A stretch of DNA of 64,000 nucleotides from Octopus sinensis (Eukaryota), in contig NC_043005.1 of NCBI RefSeq assembly GCF_006345805.1, positions 4,402,001 to 4,466,000 on the forward strand, given 5' to 3'. The notes beneath the pieces were generated by a model, which was not told the DNA's origin, did no database searches, and was given only the letters and a program-made list of their open reading frames with translations. The position numbers and the translations under genes are program-made. Within the stretch, counting starts at the first letter, position 1, and each line of letters begins with the position of its first letter. Below are positions 26,113-39,657 of this stretch, piece after piece.

Positions 26113-26328
26113 GCCCTAAACCAAGAGCTGTATCCTGTACAAAACCAAATTGACTACACAAAAGGCATTCTGAATGGATTATCTTCTGGTGACACCAAAG
26201 TCACTAATCTTGAAAACATTTCATCCAAAGTGTCTAAAGCTGAAGACAAACATTCATCACTTCGGGATAACGTTGAAGGTTTGCTAAAAGACATGCAGTC
26301 TGGATCGCAAACCATTGACTTGATCAAG
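26113..26328 (+). CDS. MACF1: Exon w17 (ALNQELYPVQNQ...IDLIK), phase 0/0
   Basis: TTTTCAG acceptor, AAG|GTAGGT donor, 216 nt open. Confidence 0.88.
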
Positions 26329-26521
26329 GTAGGTCTGAATTGATTGTGTGACTTTCTCTGAGAAAGAAAAATTACCTGGATAGTTCTCCTTTAACCCTTT
26401 TATAATCATAGTTAAATTCAATCATCAAATACCACTGTTTGCCTCAGTCTGCTTGACTGTCAAGCAGATTCCACTTCAATACAAATATTAAAATTTATAA
26501 AATGATCCCAATTATTTTAAC

Positions 26522-26905
26522 ACTCTTTTACTTGTTTCAGTCATTTGACTGTGGCCATGCTGGATCACCGCCTTTAGTCAAGCAAATCGACCCTGGGACT
26601 TATTCTATCGGTCTCTCTTTTGCTGAACCGCTAAGTTACGGGGACGTAAACATACCAGCATCAGTTGTCAAGCGATGTTGGGGGGACAAACACATACACA
26701 CATACATATATAGACACACAAACACACACACACATATATGCGACGGACTTCTTTCAGTTTCTGTCTACCAAATCCACTCACACGGCATTGGTCAGCCCGA
26801 GGCTATAGCAGAAGATACTTGCCCAAGGTGTCATGCATTGGCACTGAACCCGGAACCATGTGGTTCGTTAGCAAGCTACTTACCTCATAGCCACTCCTAC
26901 GCCTA
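26522..26905 (-). mobile_element. SINE family A, inverted
   Basis: Reverse-complement match to 49410-49820. Confidence 0.8.
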
Positions 26906-27299
26906 CATGTAAAAGTAATTATAAAACAGAAGAAAAAAACAAACAAAACAAAATGTGGCTCAGGTGATTGATATTTACGTGTGTTGGTTTCATGAAAAAA
27001 AAGGCACTGATTTTGTTGAGTATTAGGAAGGGCATCAAGCCATAGAAACCCTCTCAAAATAGACACTGGAGCATGATACAGTCATTTGACTCACCAGGTC
27101 TGGTCAAACCATCCAACCCATGTCACAGCACGGTTTGGTTATGTTCCTTTACATTTTGAGCCAAGGTTGACCTTGTACTTCATTGTTTAGGGCTCAGTAA
27201 AGCAGCTGCTGGTCATTTAATGGCATTGGTTTAACCATTTCTGCTCTCTTGCTGTTTCACTTCGTCCCTAACTCCTTTCTCCATAAATCCTAACGCTGC

Positions 27300-27628
27300 C
27301 TTGATTGGCTTCTGTGCTGGTGGCATGTAAAAAGCACCAACCGATCATGGCCATTGCCAGCCTCGCCTGGCACCTGTGCCGGTGGCACGTAAAAAGCACC
27401 ATCCGACCGTGGCCGTTTGCCAGCCTCATCTTGCACCTTTGCTGGTGGCACATAAAAAGCACCCACTACACTCTCAGAGTGGTTGGCGTTAGGAAGGGCA
27501 TCCAGCTGTAGAAACACTGCCAGATCAGACTGGAGCCTGATGCAGCCTCCATGGCTTCCCAGACCCCGGTCGAACCGTCCAACCCATGCTAGCATGGAAA
27601 GCAGACGTTAAACGATGATGATGATGAT
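27300..27628 (+). mobile_element. Copy of the (GAT)n-tailed composite repeat, three subunits
   Basis: Same core and tail as 3747-4240. Confidence 0.8.
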
Positions 27629-28167
27629 CCCTTTTCCCTGTTCCCTACCACATACCTTCCACCACAACCCCTTGTTAGTGCCTTCCCTATTACACTGTTT
27701 ATGCATTCCACCAGCTTCCTTTTCTCATCTTCCTCTCTAGTATCGGTGCCACTTTCTTCTGTTCTCCTTCATTTATAGGGGCCACTTCCATCCTTTAACT
27801 CTGCCAGTTATGAGGTGATCCTCGCTAGTGTTGTTACCATGCAAAAAGGCAAAGCACCCCCAGTACACTCTGTGAAGTGGTTGGCATTAAAAAGAGCAAC
27901 AAGCCATACAAGTGATGTCCAAGCAGACCCCAGTGCATGACACAGCTCCCCCACTCACCAGACCCTGTTGAACCATCTAACCCATGCCGGCATGAAAGCA
28001 AGGCATTCAGTTGTAAATGATGATAATGCTTTCCGCTTGCCAAATTTGTAGCCTTGGTCCCTATACTTGATATCAAGATTTTTGTCATTAACTTAAATAT
28101 GTTTTGTTTTTTTGGTTTTTGTTTTGTGTTGTTAATTGTTTTGTTTTGTGTTTCCTTATTTTTACAG

Positions 28168-28281
28168 AATCAAATGAAGGATTTGGATAATGAGTTGTTA
28201 ACAATGGATTCCCGACTGACTTCATATTTACCAGTAGCCAGAGATATAGCAGAACTGAAAGAGCAATGTCAAAAGATGAAG
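28168..28281 (+). CDS. MACF1: Exon w18 (NQMKDLDNELL...CQKMK), phase 0/0
   Basis: TTTACAG acceptor, AAG|GTAGTT donor, 114 nt. Confidence 0.9.
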
Positions 28282-28502
28282 GTAGTTCTTTTTATCTTTT
28301 TATTAAAATTTTTTTTAAAAAGCTACGGTCCCAATCCTTTCATTTGTTTAATTAGAAACCCTAACCTTACATCTGCCCTTAACTATTAAAACAGTGGCAT
28401 CAATCATTTACAACTTGAAAGTTGGCTGCAGAACAGTTTCATTTCCATAGCTTCATTTATTTAAGTATTAGATACAAATATTAACCTCTCTTCCTAGAAT
28501 CT

Positions 28503-28533
<31 letters not shown>

Positions 28534-28921
28534 TGTATGCATGCATACATAAATACATATGCAACAGGCTTTTTTCTGTCTACCAAATTCATTCACAAGG
28601 CTTAGATCAACCTTGAATTTTAGTAGAAGACACTTTCCCAGGGTGTCATGCAGCCAGACTGAACTTGGAACCAAGTGGTTTCCTAACAAACTCATTCACC
28701 ACAGAGTCATGTCTGCACAAAACTCTGTTGTCATTATTTTATCTTCCTCCTATTATTTTTGGTCCTGAAGAAGAACTCTGCCTGAAACATTGGACACTCC
28801 ATTTCCCGTGGCAATTTCACGACTCGTTCTGTTAAATTTTTCCAACCCTGACCACCACCACCACCAATCTCCTTGCATTCTGCTTTGTCTTACACATTTA
28901 TGTATCTTTATCTTTACTCAG

Positions 28922-29035
28922 CTCTTCTCCGTTGATTTGGCTGCTAAAAAAGACAGAGTAAACCAGCTGAAAGACGAGTGTGATGACCTCGTAAAAACCG
29001 GACTTCTTTCAGACAGTGCAACATTTACAAACCAG
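28922..29035 (+). CDS. MACF1: Exon w19 (LFSVDLAAKKDRV...FTNQ), phase 0/0
   Basis: TACTCAG acceptor, CAG|GTTGGT donor, 114 nt. Confidence 0.88.
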
Positions 29036-30460
29036 GTTGGTCTCTTTTAATCTCTCCATTGAAGTACTTCTTCATATATAATAATCTATTGAAGTTTATC
29101 TAATCAAACAAGGACTTTTTTTTTTATTTATGATGATGATGATTTCATTAGTATCTTTGGGAAGTTTGTCTCCTCTCAACCCCCAAGTCAAACCCAATCA
29201 CCCAGCCTAGGGGCTTTCCTATTTATGAAAATAGTCAAGCAGATCCACATACAAACATACATTTATGGTTTGATTCTGTTCACTTCATATTTGTGGCAGC
29301 TCCATAGAGGAGTGTCTTTCTGTAACTGCCTGACCTACTAGAAATAGTAGTAGAGTTTCCGTCAGAAACCAAAGTAAAAAAAAATGGAAAAAAAGACACA
29401 AATACTTATGAAAATAAAAGTCTGGTTTGTCATGGTTAGAATGTCAAATTGTAATCTCCTTGTGGGCTGACCTGGGGCTAAACAAATAAAGGCTTTATTA
29501 GTTTAGATTTAATCTTTACTGTTGTAGTTGTTTAGTCCCAGATCAGCACTAAGTAGTCCCATGATCAAAGGCAGTCCAACCATGGCCATCCTATCTTTTT
29601 TTTTCCAGATACATCAGTAAAATAATCAATGTATCTTGGACTACATTATGCAGTGTCCCACCTTTGTTTGAGATTGTAGGAATTGATTTCAGGGCAGTTT
29701 TGCTGTAAATGATCCTTAGTTGCTTCATTTACAGTTTTTAAAACAGAGAGAGAGAGAGAGAGATGCTGAAAATGCTCCTTCCTAACTATGAAAAAGATGT
29801 TTTCTCTCTTTCCTGTTAAAGCCATCATGTATCTGTTCTACAGCAAGACTCCTGTTCCTCTCCTAATATACTTCAGTTTCTCAACACCTGGTGTCAAGAC
29901 ACGTCTTTCAATAATAAACCCTCACTCAGTTGAGAGATTCTGTCTTGGTGGCCTGACTCGTACTGGTGGCAGGAAAAAGCACCCAGTACACTCTGTAAAG
30001 TGGTCGACACTAGAAAAGATATCCAGCCAAAGAAATGATGCCAAAGCAGACATTGGAACTCAACATTGTCTTTTGGTTCATTGGTTCCTGTCAGATTGTC
30101 CAACCCACACCAGCTTTGATGTGTTAAATGATGTTTTGAATTAAGGGTCCCCCAATATCCATTAAGTGGTTGTCTTTAACTTAGCGGCCTTCTTTTGATA
30201 AATGATTCCAGTTTGCATTAATTTTATACAAAAGTTTTTCTCTCTAATTAACTGCTTTCATTGCTTCTATGTTTTGTCTGTTCACCTGTACTTCCTGTTT
30301 GGTTTAAGTGTTTATATTGTAGCAGATGTTTACATGCTACCTGTCAAAAAGTCCGTATTACCACTCAGTATACAGAACTATATAAAGACAATGGTGTTAA
30401 CGAGAGGGAAAATTCTTTGTGATAAAATAACATAAAAGAACATCTGTGTTCCTTTGTCAG

Positions 30461-30673
30461 ATTACTGCTCTGTTGAAGTTCTACGACAACCTGGCCGAGA
30501 AATCTAAAGCATTTGAGACGGAAGCTGTTGACACATTGAACAAAATGAACGACAATGATGCCAAGCTACAGAAGTTACACAGTGACATCGACAGAACATT
30601 GGTCTTCCTTCAGTCTGAAGAACCGGTTGGCAGCAGTGTTCCTGTGATCAAAAAGCAACAGGAACAAATGAAG
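30461..30673 (+). CDS. MACF1: Exon w20 (ITALLKFYDNLA...QQEQMK), phase 0/0
   Basis: TTGTCAG acceptor, AAG|GTCAGT donor, 213 nt. Confidence 0.9.
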
Positions 30674-32231
30674 GTCAGTGACTTGGGAAAAAATATTTTT
30701 TGAGGCTTTTTATATAGTAATACAAGGAATGGAACTTGATACTATAAAGCATCCAGTTCATTAGACTAGCTCTTCATACAACTCAAAAATAATAATAATA
30801 ATAATAATCCTTTCTACTATAGGCACAAGACCTAAAAATTTGGGGGAGTGGGCCAGTCGATTATATCGACCCCAGTGCTTAAGTGGTACTTAATTTCTAA
30901 CATAATGACAAGGCAAGAAATTTTGTAGATGTTGGAAGCTTGAGTGTAAGGTTAAGAAGTTCACTTCCCAGCCATGTGGCTTTGGGTTCAGTGCCACTGT
31001 ATGGCACCTTTGGCAAGTGTTCTCTGATAGCTCAAGGCTGATGAAAGCCTTGTGAGTGGATTTGGTAGACAGAAACTGAAAGTTGATCTTGCCAGGATTA
31101 AAGAAATATAAAGGAAGTAAACGTCACAAGGCATTCACTTTGTTGCTCTACCAATTCTGCCTTTAGTAATAATACAGATAATAATTTCTAATATAGACTC
31201 AAGGTCACATGCCCTTGTGTGACCAGTGTTTTATTGACCCCGGAAGGATGCAAAACAAAGCTGATCTCTGTGGGATTTATACCCAATATCTAAATAACAC
31301 AAGGTATTTTGTTTACCAGTCGTCCAATTCTGCCATCTGCTGCCTTTATAATTGCAATGACCACCATCACGCCAAGGGTCGTTAAACAGTTTTCAAACAA
31401 ATCTGCCTCAGTTGATTCCTGGTTCTTTGATACAGAATTACCTTGTTTAAAGTGTTTGTATTTTAATTAAAAGTTAAAACCTTTTACTATAATTTTATTT
31501 CAAGCTTTTTTTTCTTATATTCCAAACCCCCATCTTACTGATGAAAACATTTGTTAGTTGTTTAGTCCTTGGTTAGAGGGGTTATTATTATCTTGGTTAG
31601 GCTGGTTTGGTCTGTTGTTGTTGTTACCCATATTAAACCAAGTCTGTTGAAGTTTTTGAGGAAAGTGTTCACACATAAACATCACAATGTGAACTATAAA
31701 TATTTACCAGGGACTTTATTGTTGATTACCAGTGGTGAGTTTCTTTTATGTATGTTGGCTTAGAATTAGATTGCTCCATCTTCATGTTGGTGAGAAGTGA
31801 GAATGTCTTTTGTCTCTACTTAGGGAAGCATATTGTAGGAAAAGGGATCCTTTTTAACCCCAGCTCAAGCATGCTACCAAGAATCCTGTTCGTCTGTCTT
31901 CTCTGGGACCTCTCACAACCACTGCACTGATAGACCCATGCTTCTATATTTTTGTCCATTTTTTGGCAGAAAACTTGTGGAAATTTCCATTCAAATCATC
32001 CGATCAAACAATTGCAGCTGAAACTGGTCAGAATCCAGAGCAAGTCACCTGATATGCTGCAGCCTATTTCTCATTACTCAGCTAACATCTTTGAATCTAT
32101 GCCTTGCTTCAGTTATTTTACTAAGTTCCTTCAAATGATTAATTATTTTTTCAGAAAAAACAACTGAAATCCAAAAGCAGTAAGTTATTAACTTATGGCA
32201 ATTTAAAATCATTTTGTTTTGTTTCAAACAG

Positions 32232-32393
32232 CATTTTGTCAAGAGCAATCTTGAGCCTCTGCATGAAAATCTACAGAAAGTAACCGAAGAGAGTCGCCAG
32301 CTGATCCAGTCAGCTTCTCCTGGTTTGAACACAACTCAATTGGACAACAATCTTGAAACATTGAATGAGAAATGGGCTCAGTTGAAAGAGAAG
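32232..32393 (+). CDS. MACF1: Exon w21 (HFVKSNLEPLHE...QLKEK), phase 0/0
   Basis: AAACAG acceptor, AAG|GTTTGT donor, 162 nt; LIQSASPGLNT motif. Confidence 0.92.
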
Positions 32394-32620
32394 GTTTGTC
32401 TTCATTTTGCTTCCTTTTTATTTTAGTTTATTTTCATTTTTATCATCAGTGAAGTAATAATTATGAAATAAAAGCACCCACTACACACTGGTTGGTGTTA
32501 GGAAGGGCAACCATCTGTAGAAACCATATGAAAGCTGACATTGAGGCTTGATGTGGCCCTGCAGCTTGCCAGAGCTTGTCAAACTGTCCAACCCATACCA
32601 GCATGGAAAACGAACATTAA

Positions 32621-32842
32621 CCCTTTTGTTACTGTATTGATTTTGAGATGCTCTGTGTTTCTTTCAATTAATTTTAAATATAACAAAGAATTTAGTAAAA
32701 TAACTTAGTTATCATTCAGCTAGTGCTAGGAGCATAAATTGTGACTAAGGTTTAGTGGAAGATTTTAATTCAAAACTTATGAAAACAAGACATTTGTACT
32801 GCAGAGATAAGGCCGGTTTTAGCCGGGTTGGTAACGAAAGGG
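32621..32842. mobile_element. piggyBac-like MITE nested in the tail of a (GAT)n-tailed repeat
   Basis: TTAA duplication at 32617-32620 and 32843-32846; TIRs CCCTTTTGTTAC / GTAACGAAAGGG (11/12 match). Confidence 0.85.
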
Positions 32843-33727
32843 TTAAAGGATGATGATGAAGGGCTGAGTGTGATTGAATAGTGACCCATCAGTCCGAGTG
32901 TTGACCATTTGACAATTTGTCCTTCTTCACCAACATTTCAACTATGTCCATGGACATCATATTTGACTCTTAATGGACCAGTTCACCTACTTTTAGTTCT
33001 CGTCCTACCATTATTGCTTGGAGAGCTTGGGTGAGGTGGGGGGTTGTTCTGCCAAACTCATTTATTTCAGATACACACCAGGGGAAGATGGCAGGTTTTC
33101 AACGATACCCCAATGACCTGATGCGTTAAGGAACTTACCTAAACATACAACTGCTGACCAAAGAAACTGGTTCACAAAAATTGGACACTTTTATACATAC
33201 ATCATGATGCTGAGCACAAGTATGGGTCTGTAGTGAAGAACTTTGCTTTCTGGTCACATGGTTTCAGGTTCAGTCCCACTGTGTGGCACCTTAAGCAGGT
33301 TTCTTCTACAGTTTTGTCTGTGGATCTGGCAGACAGAAACTGAAAGAAACCTGTTGTGTGTATGTGTGTGTCTCTGTATCTTGATATTCTTTTGATATTT
33401 GTAAATGGGTGTCACCATCATACAAGTGATGTTGTTCATTTCCAATTTTCCATGAAAATATGTCTGGCCTTGAGGAAATTAGCTTATTTGGTGACAAGAA
33501 GGGTACCCAGCTATAGGAAATCTACACTAACATGGAAAAATGGATGTTAAAACAATGATGACTCCTGTACATATATACACGTATTCACATACATTCATTC
33601 ACACATGCACACACACACACACACACAGACGTACACACAAGCTTTACATTATGAATGGTTTTGTGGTCATAACAGTTGTTGCTCAACCAGCCTGTCTAAT
33701 CCATGTGCATTATTTCTTCTGTTGCAG

Positions 33728-33898
33728 CTGCAGGAAAGAGAGCGATCACTGGATGATGCCTTGTTACATTCTGGGAAGTTCACCGACACTGTTGAATCAG
33801 TGTTGGAATGGCTCAAAGAAACTGAAGACATGATTAGTAATCAAAAAGCACCATCGACTGACTACAAGATGCTAAAAACCCAAATTCAAGATCAGAAA
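33728..33898 (+). CDS. MACF1: Exon w22 (LQERERSLDDALLHSGKF...IQDQK), phase 0/0
   Basis: TTGCAG acceptor (a second in-frame CAG lies 6 nt downstream), AAA|GTAAGT donor, 171 nt. Confidence 0.92.
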
Positions 33899-34235
33899 GT
33901 AAGTAATTTGTTTGAAATCATTTAAATTGCTAGGGTATTAATAAGGATGGATTGCCTTTGTATTTAGAATATGAGAATGGCCTGTGGGTGTAGACTTGAG
34001 TATGTGGTTAAGAAGTTTGCAATCCTATGGTTCCAATTTCAATGTCACAGTATGGTAACCTGGGTCATGTGTCTTCTGCCATAACCCTTGTCAATAGAGC
34101 TTGGTTGATGGTAAAAATATAAAATCCCTTTGTTACATATTTGTCTTTTCTCTCCTCATCTATTCTTTCTGTAAAAGAGCTTATGCTCAAAACATAAAAC
34201 ACTTTTCCTTCTATTTTTTCTGAGCATAAACCTAA

Positions 34236-34269
<34 letters not shown>

Positions 34270-34595
34270 AACCTAATATACTTACCTAGTCTTCATGTTT
34301 TCTTTATTTTTGTACCATAGTTAGTTAGTATGCTTATCAACTTAAGGGTGATAAATTACCAGAATTAGTGGAAGGATGGATAATATGTTTTGCTACATTT
34401 AGTTGCTTCTCTTTATTTTCTAAGTTCAAACCCCACCAAAGGCAATTTTACTGTTTCTCCTTTGAGGGTTGATAAAATAAGTACCAGGCAATTACTGGAG
34501 CTGATGTAATCAACTATTTCATCCTGTCATTTATTCCAAATTCATGGTTTTGTGCCAATATTAGAAACCAATATTTCTGTTTTCATCAATTGCAG

Positions 34596-34922
34596 TTTCT
34601 CAAGAAACTTTTGGATGATCGAGAGGAAGGCATAAAGTCGGTCGAAGACTCTGGCAAGAAACTTATGAAATCTGTTGCTCCAAAAGAGCAGGAACAAATC
34701 AAGAAACAAATCGAAGAACTGCAAGAACGTTGGAATAATCTTGTGTCTACCTCAACTGAACGTATGAATGCTTTGGAAAAAATGGTTGATGTTGCTAAAG
34801 AATTCCAAGAATGTTATGAATCTTTAACTGCTTGGCTTGATTCATGCAATGCCAAAATTTCTGTTGTCAAGCCAAATCCTCATGATGTGGACAGTATGGA
34901 AAAATATGTTTCGATGTTAAAG
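34596..34922 (+). CDS. MACF1: Exon w23 (FLKKLLDDREEG...VSMLK), phase 0/0
   Basis: TTGCAG acceptor, AAG|GTATCT donor, 327 nt. Confidence 0.93.
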
Positions 34923-35881
34923 GTATCTATCAAAAAAAAAAAGTAATAAATTTCTGTTTAGGTCATAAGAATATAGAAATTTTGAGTGAACAGGAAATAA
35001 TTAATTTTTGACTTTCTACATCCAAAAGGATTTTTAGCCCAATGTTTGCCTGCTATTATAGCTTTATCTACTTCAAGCATCATAGTTAAAAACAAACTAT
35101 TTCATAAAAGTTTTTTTAATTCTTTAATTATTGGTATTTTTTTTTATGTCTCTGAATGTATTCTAGAATCAATATTGCAGGATTAGGATTATCTAAGAAT
35201 GAGTTAATGAACTCACTTCTACCTTCTACACTTACAGAAAAACAATCCTCTTGGAATGATTATTTTTCTGCTGATTATGATGTAAATGACTTTGCAAAAT
35301 ATATAGAAAAACCTCTTAATTCAATGATGAGCATGTACAAATAAGTTATTACTCTCAACACTTATCATAAAATCTGTCAGTTGTATATTGCTTAGAAATA
35401 AAATAGCCATCTACGTATCATACTTAATGTGTATATAACACCATCAGAAGGCACGATGCTATGGTTTTAACCTGAGATCTTAACACAACATCTATGAAGA
35501 GATTTCCTCTCAAACAAAAACCACAGCATCAAGCCTTTTAGTGGAATGTGTAAGTATGGTACACAGATGTTTTAATCTGATGCTGTTTCAACTGAAGAGA
35601 CTCAGTTTTTTTAGAAATTCTAAGTTCAGAAGTTATTAATTTACTAATGGAAGTATTGTTGTTTGTATTTGTTCTAAATTGATTTACATGTTTCCAATTC
35701 TTACAATGTCTCAGTCACTTGGCTGGAACAGGTAAATAATAATAATAATGATTGCATTTCTGAAGATGTATCTTTATTTCAAGAACTATATACCAAAGCA
35801 TGCTGAATTTTTAAAAAGGTTAATCTATAAATTCAGTTTATTTTATGATTATTATTGTTAGTGGTGTTGGGATTATTATTA

Positions 35882-35916
<35 letters not shown>

Positions 35917-35917
35917 G

Positions 35918-36002
35918 AAATTAACAGAAGAGTTTCTTGAGCAAGAACCAAAGTTAGAAACCCTGACTGAAAAAGGCAAACATCTACAGGAATTTTCGAA
36001 GG
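35918..36002 (+). CDS. MACF1: Exon w24 (KLTEEFLEQEPKLETLTEKGKHLQEFSK), phase 0/1
   Basis: TAG acceptor at the end of an (ATT)n run, G|GTAAAT donor, 85 nt; needed to bridge phase 0 (w23) to phase 1 (w25). Confidence 0.85.
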
Positions 36003-36887
36003 GTAAATATTTTTGGTTATCTACTTTTCAATATGCACTAAGCTATTTAAAAATGTTCTGGCTTGGGTGAAGGTGGATTCTTAATTAACAGATTTTCATA
36101 TAACTTCAGAAAAAACCCAGCAAATTGTAGTTTTTGAAGATTTTTCCCCACTATATTTTCATATACACTATGTTGTGTATTTTTGTTCTAAATATTAAAT
36201 TTTTTAAAATGATTGATATGTTACCACAATAAGGAGAGTGGAAGATCTACATTGTTTAATTAAGTTCTATTATTTGGCATTCTAATTCCAAATTCCAATT
36301 TTGGTTGCTTAACTTACATTTGTGATCAATAAGTACCAGTATGGTACCCTAGGATGGTTTCACTCAACTTTATCCTTTTCCTATAAATTCATAATCTTTT
36401 CCCAAAATTACCAAAAAAATGTTATATATGATTTTTTTTAAATGGTTACCATTTACAATCCACAGGGCAGTATCCTGCTGCTCCAAGTTTGTAAATCCAA
36501 GAGAATTTTCCTAAAACATCTTTCCTAACATGAGGTCAATAGTCTGAAAAATTGACTTATAAAAAATTCTTCAATTTAGCACTTTTGTTGCCATATTTCT
36601 TTTGTAACAAACCATTTTTGTTTCAATTCATTTTCGAATTGAGGAATATAGGAAAATAACTTTGGTATTGGAACATATTAACACACAATTTTAATGGAAA
36701 GTTCTGATTTTGATCACAATAAAACAGGAAGTTTATATTATAGAACACTAGATACTTGGCAAACTGGCACCAAAAGGGTAACAGTTAACATTAATTACTT
36801 AAATTCAATAGTTCTGTACGTTTTTGCCTGAATATGATCAACCTAACAACATTGTGTCTGATATTGAAAATTTTCTCTTTGATTCAG

Positions 36888-37111
36888 ATGAAGATGCTGA
36901 TCTGGTGCCTAACCGAGTTTCTGCTACGATTGATAGATACAATAACTACAAGAAAACAGTAAATGATTTGCTGAAACAACTGGAAGAGGCTGTGCCATTG
37001 GCCAAGCAGTTCAATGAAGCCCACTTTAAATTTTTAGAGTGGCTTGCAAATGTTGAACCAGAACTAAGATCCAAAGAGCTTGCTGGTCAAGAGGTTGAAA
37101 GTCACATTAAA
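36888..37111 (+). CDS. MACF1: Exon w25 (DEDADLVPNRVS...ESHIK), phase 1/0
   Basis: GATTCAG acceptor, AAA|GTAAGG donor, 224 nt. Confidence 0.92.
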
Positions 37112-38589
37112 GTAAGGATTGGCTGCTTAATGGTTTGCTGATAATACACTTGATCTTTCTTAGAACTCTCACAGTTCTCATATAAATTGCACAAGATTCA
37201 ATTTTTTCATTTTAGACTTGATGAAATAGATGACAATATTTCGTAGAATTTTCTAGTTGACCATATACAGGATATACTCTAGGGTTTGTAGTCTTATGAA
37301 CTCCATGGTGACCTTGATAGTGCAGGTGGCACAAAAAAGGTACTCTGTTCATGCTTTGAAGTGTTAGGGAAGGCTTCCAATGGTAAAAACCATGCCAAAA
37401 CAGACGCTGGAGTTTGATGCATTCCTTGGACACATCATTTCCTGTCAAACCGTCCAACCCATGCCAGTATGGAACATGGACATTAAATGATGAAGTCGTG
37501 ATGTGGTGAAGGCTAAAGAGCGTATTTATATTTCATCCATGCTTTGGGCACAAGTTCAACATTTGAAGGCAAAATATTTTGAAAGTATTACCTTCATGGT
37601 CATCATCACTTTTATCTTCATTTTATCTCACTTCCCATGTTGACATGTGTTAGATAAATCTTCACGGTCCAACTTCTCATCTCGAGTTACTATTCTCTTA
37701 GGCAAATCATTGTCCCCCTACATTTCTTTTTTGGTTTGGTTCCTTTGGCTGGATGCCCTCCCTTACACTAAAATATTTTATACGCGTGTTCTGAGCAGGG
37801 TGCATTTATTGTGGCACCAGCCCTACAGAGGTGATCCTGTTTCAGGCAAGACTAAATAAGATTCTATAAGCTATGTTGTTATCTTGCCTTCAAGGCAGCC
37901 TGAAGAGACTGAAAAGAAAAGAGACTGGAGAGAAGGAATCAGGATAGGTGGGTGAAGAGAGATTATGATTTTGCAGGGAGGGAACAGTGGTATTAGGAGA
38001 GGGCAATAGAGGAAGTAGTAATAGAAGAAAGTGATTAATAGTAATTCATGTAGCATGATTGGCACGATGGAGATCGTCATAAGACAGACTTGATGATGGG
38101 AGAAGGGAATAATGAATAACTTCCATGGTCAAACGTCCCTTCATAACACCCACCACTTGACAATGTGCTGTTAATGTAGCACCATGCTGTGTGGTTCAGA
38201 AGTTTTCTTCCCAGCTTAATGGTTCTGGGTTCAGTCCCATTGTGTGATACCATGAGCAAGTCTTCCGCTATAGTTCCTGGCTGACCAAAGCCTAGTGAGG
38301 GAATTTGGTTCTGAAAGAAGCTCATTGTGTGCATGTGAGTGTGTGTGTTTTAGTGTCACCTAGCCTCGCTGTTGTGTGATAGTTGTGCACAAGCATTACC
38401 ATCATACAAGCTGTGTCTCTCATATCTGGCCATGGGGGAAATACTACTTTGGAAACAGGTGAAGGTTGGCAACAAGAAGGACATCTGGTTGTAGAAAATG
38501 GACCTCACTGAATTTCATCCAATGTACACAAGTATGGAAAAGTGGACATTAAAACAACGACGATGATGATGATCATCTGTTGAGTAAAA

Positions 38590-38929
38590 GGGTAAAGACC
38601 TCCTTTGGTCATGAATGACCATGGGATTGCACCTAGAAAGTTACTCTCCAAGGTACAAGTCCGAGCAAGGTTGTTTATGTAAGACCAGCAGTCGCCCATG
38701 TATACCAGCCTCTCCTCTCCACGCCACTAATGTTATCCAAGGGAAAGGCAAAGGGGCCGATGCAGCTTGGCACCTGTGACGTCGCAACTCGTTTCTACAG
38801 CTGAGTGAACTGGAGCAACATGAAATAAAGTGTCTTGCTGAAGAACACAACACACTGCCCAGTCCAGGAATCGAACTCACTACCTTGTGATAGTGAGCCT
38901 GATGCTCTAACTACTGAGTCATGTGCCTT
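38590..38929 (-). mobile_element. tRNA-derived SINE family C
   Basis: Minus strand AAGGCACATGACTCAGTAGTTAGAGC...GAGTTCGATTCC then TGTGTTCTTCAGCAAGACACTTTATTTCA; related copies near 2540-2760 (+), 18445-18700 (+) and 40780-41032 (-). Confidence 0.75.
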
Positions 38930-39078
38930 TAGGGTTAAAGTCACTGTTAAACCTAAATTCCATTCAGATTTCTTTGAATCTCTCACTTTCCCTTTTCTCT
39001 TTCCTGTTCAGTTAAAGTTTCCAAATGTCTTGTGTTTTACATAATTACTAAATTACAAACTTTCTGATTTTTATATAG

Positions 39079-39285
39079 AAACTGGAAGAGCAGCTATCTG
39101 TGGCCCAGCCATTGTTGAATGTTATCAGCACCCAGGGTAGTAAACTTGGTGACCTCCTACCTGAAGAAGCCTGTGCACGCCTCACAGATATTGCAAATAA
39201 AGACAGCCATCGGTTTGAGGCCCTCAGTGAACAGATAAATTCCAAAGCAGAAAAGATACGTCTTTCTCGACAGAAATCTCTCGAG
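39079..39285 (+). CDS. MACF1: Exon w26 (KLEEQLSVAQPLL...QKSLE), phase 0/0
   Basis: TATATAG acceptor, GAG|GTATAA donor, 207 nt. Confidence 0.9.
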
Positions 39286-39616
39286 GTATAAATTGATCAA
39301 ATAATTTGAATTAAGAAAAATCTACTCCCCCCCCACACACACACAAAATGTTTTTGGTTGTGTACGGAATAGTATATTGGTAATAATAAGAATAACAAGT
39401 TTAGTCAGAAGAAATGAAGGAATTGCTCCTTAATTTATTTATATGCAGGTACAGAAATTCTTCAGAATTTCCAAAGAAATGAAAAAGAATGAAATAAAGT
39501 TGAATATTTTACATTATGTTTAAGAATTTTTTGATAAATATTCTACTTTATTTTATTTGATTCTATTTCATTCCATTTCCTTTGAAATTTTGAAAATTTT
39601 TTTTGTGCCCCTCCAC

Positions 39617-39657
<41 letters not shown>

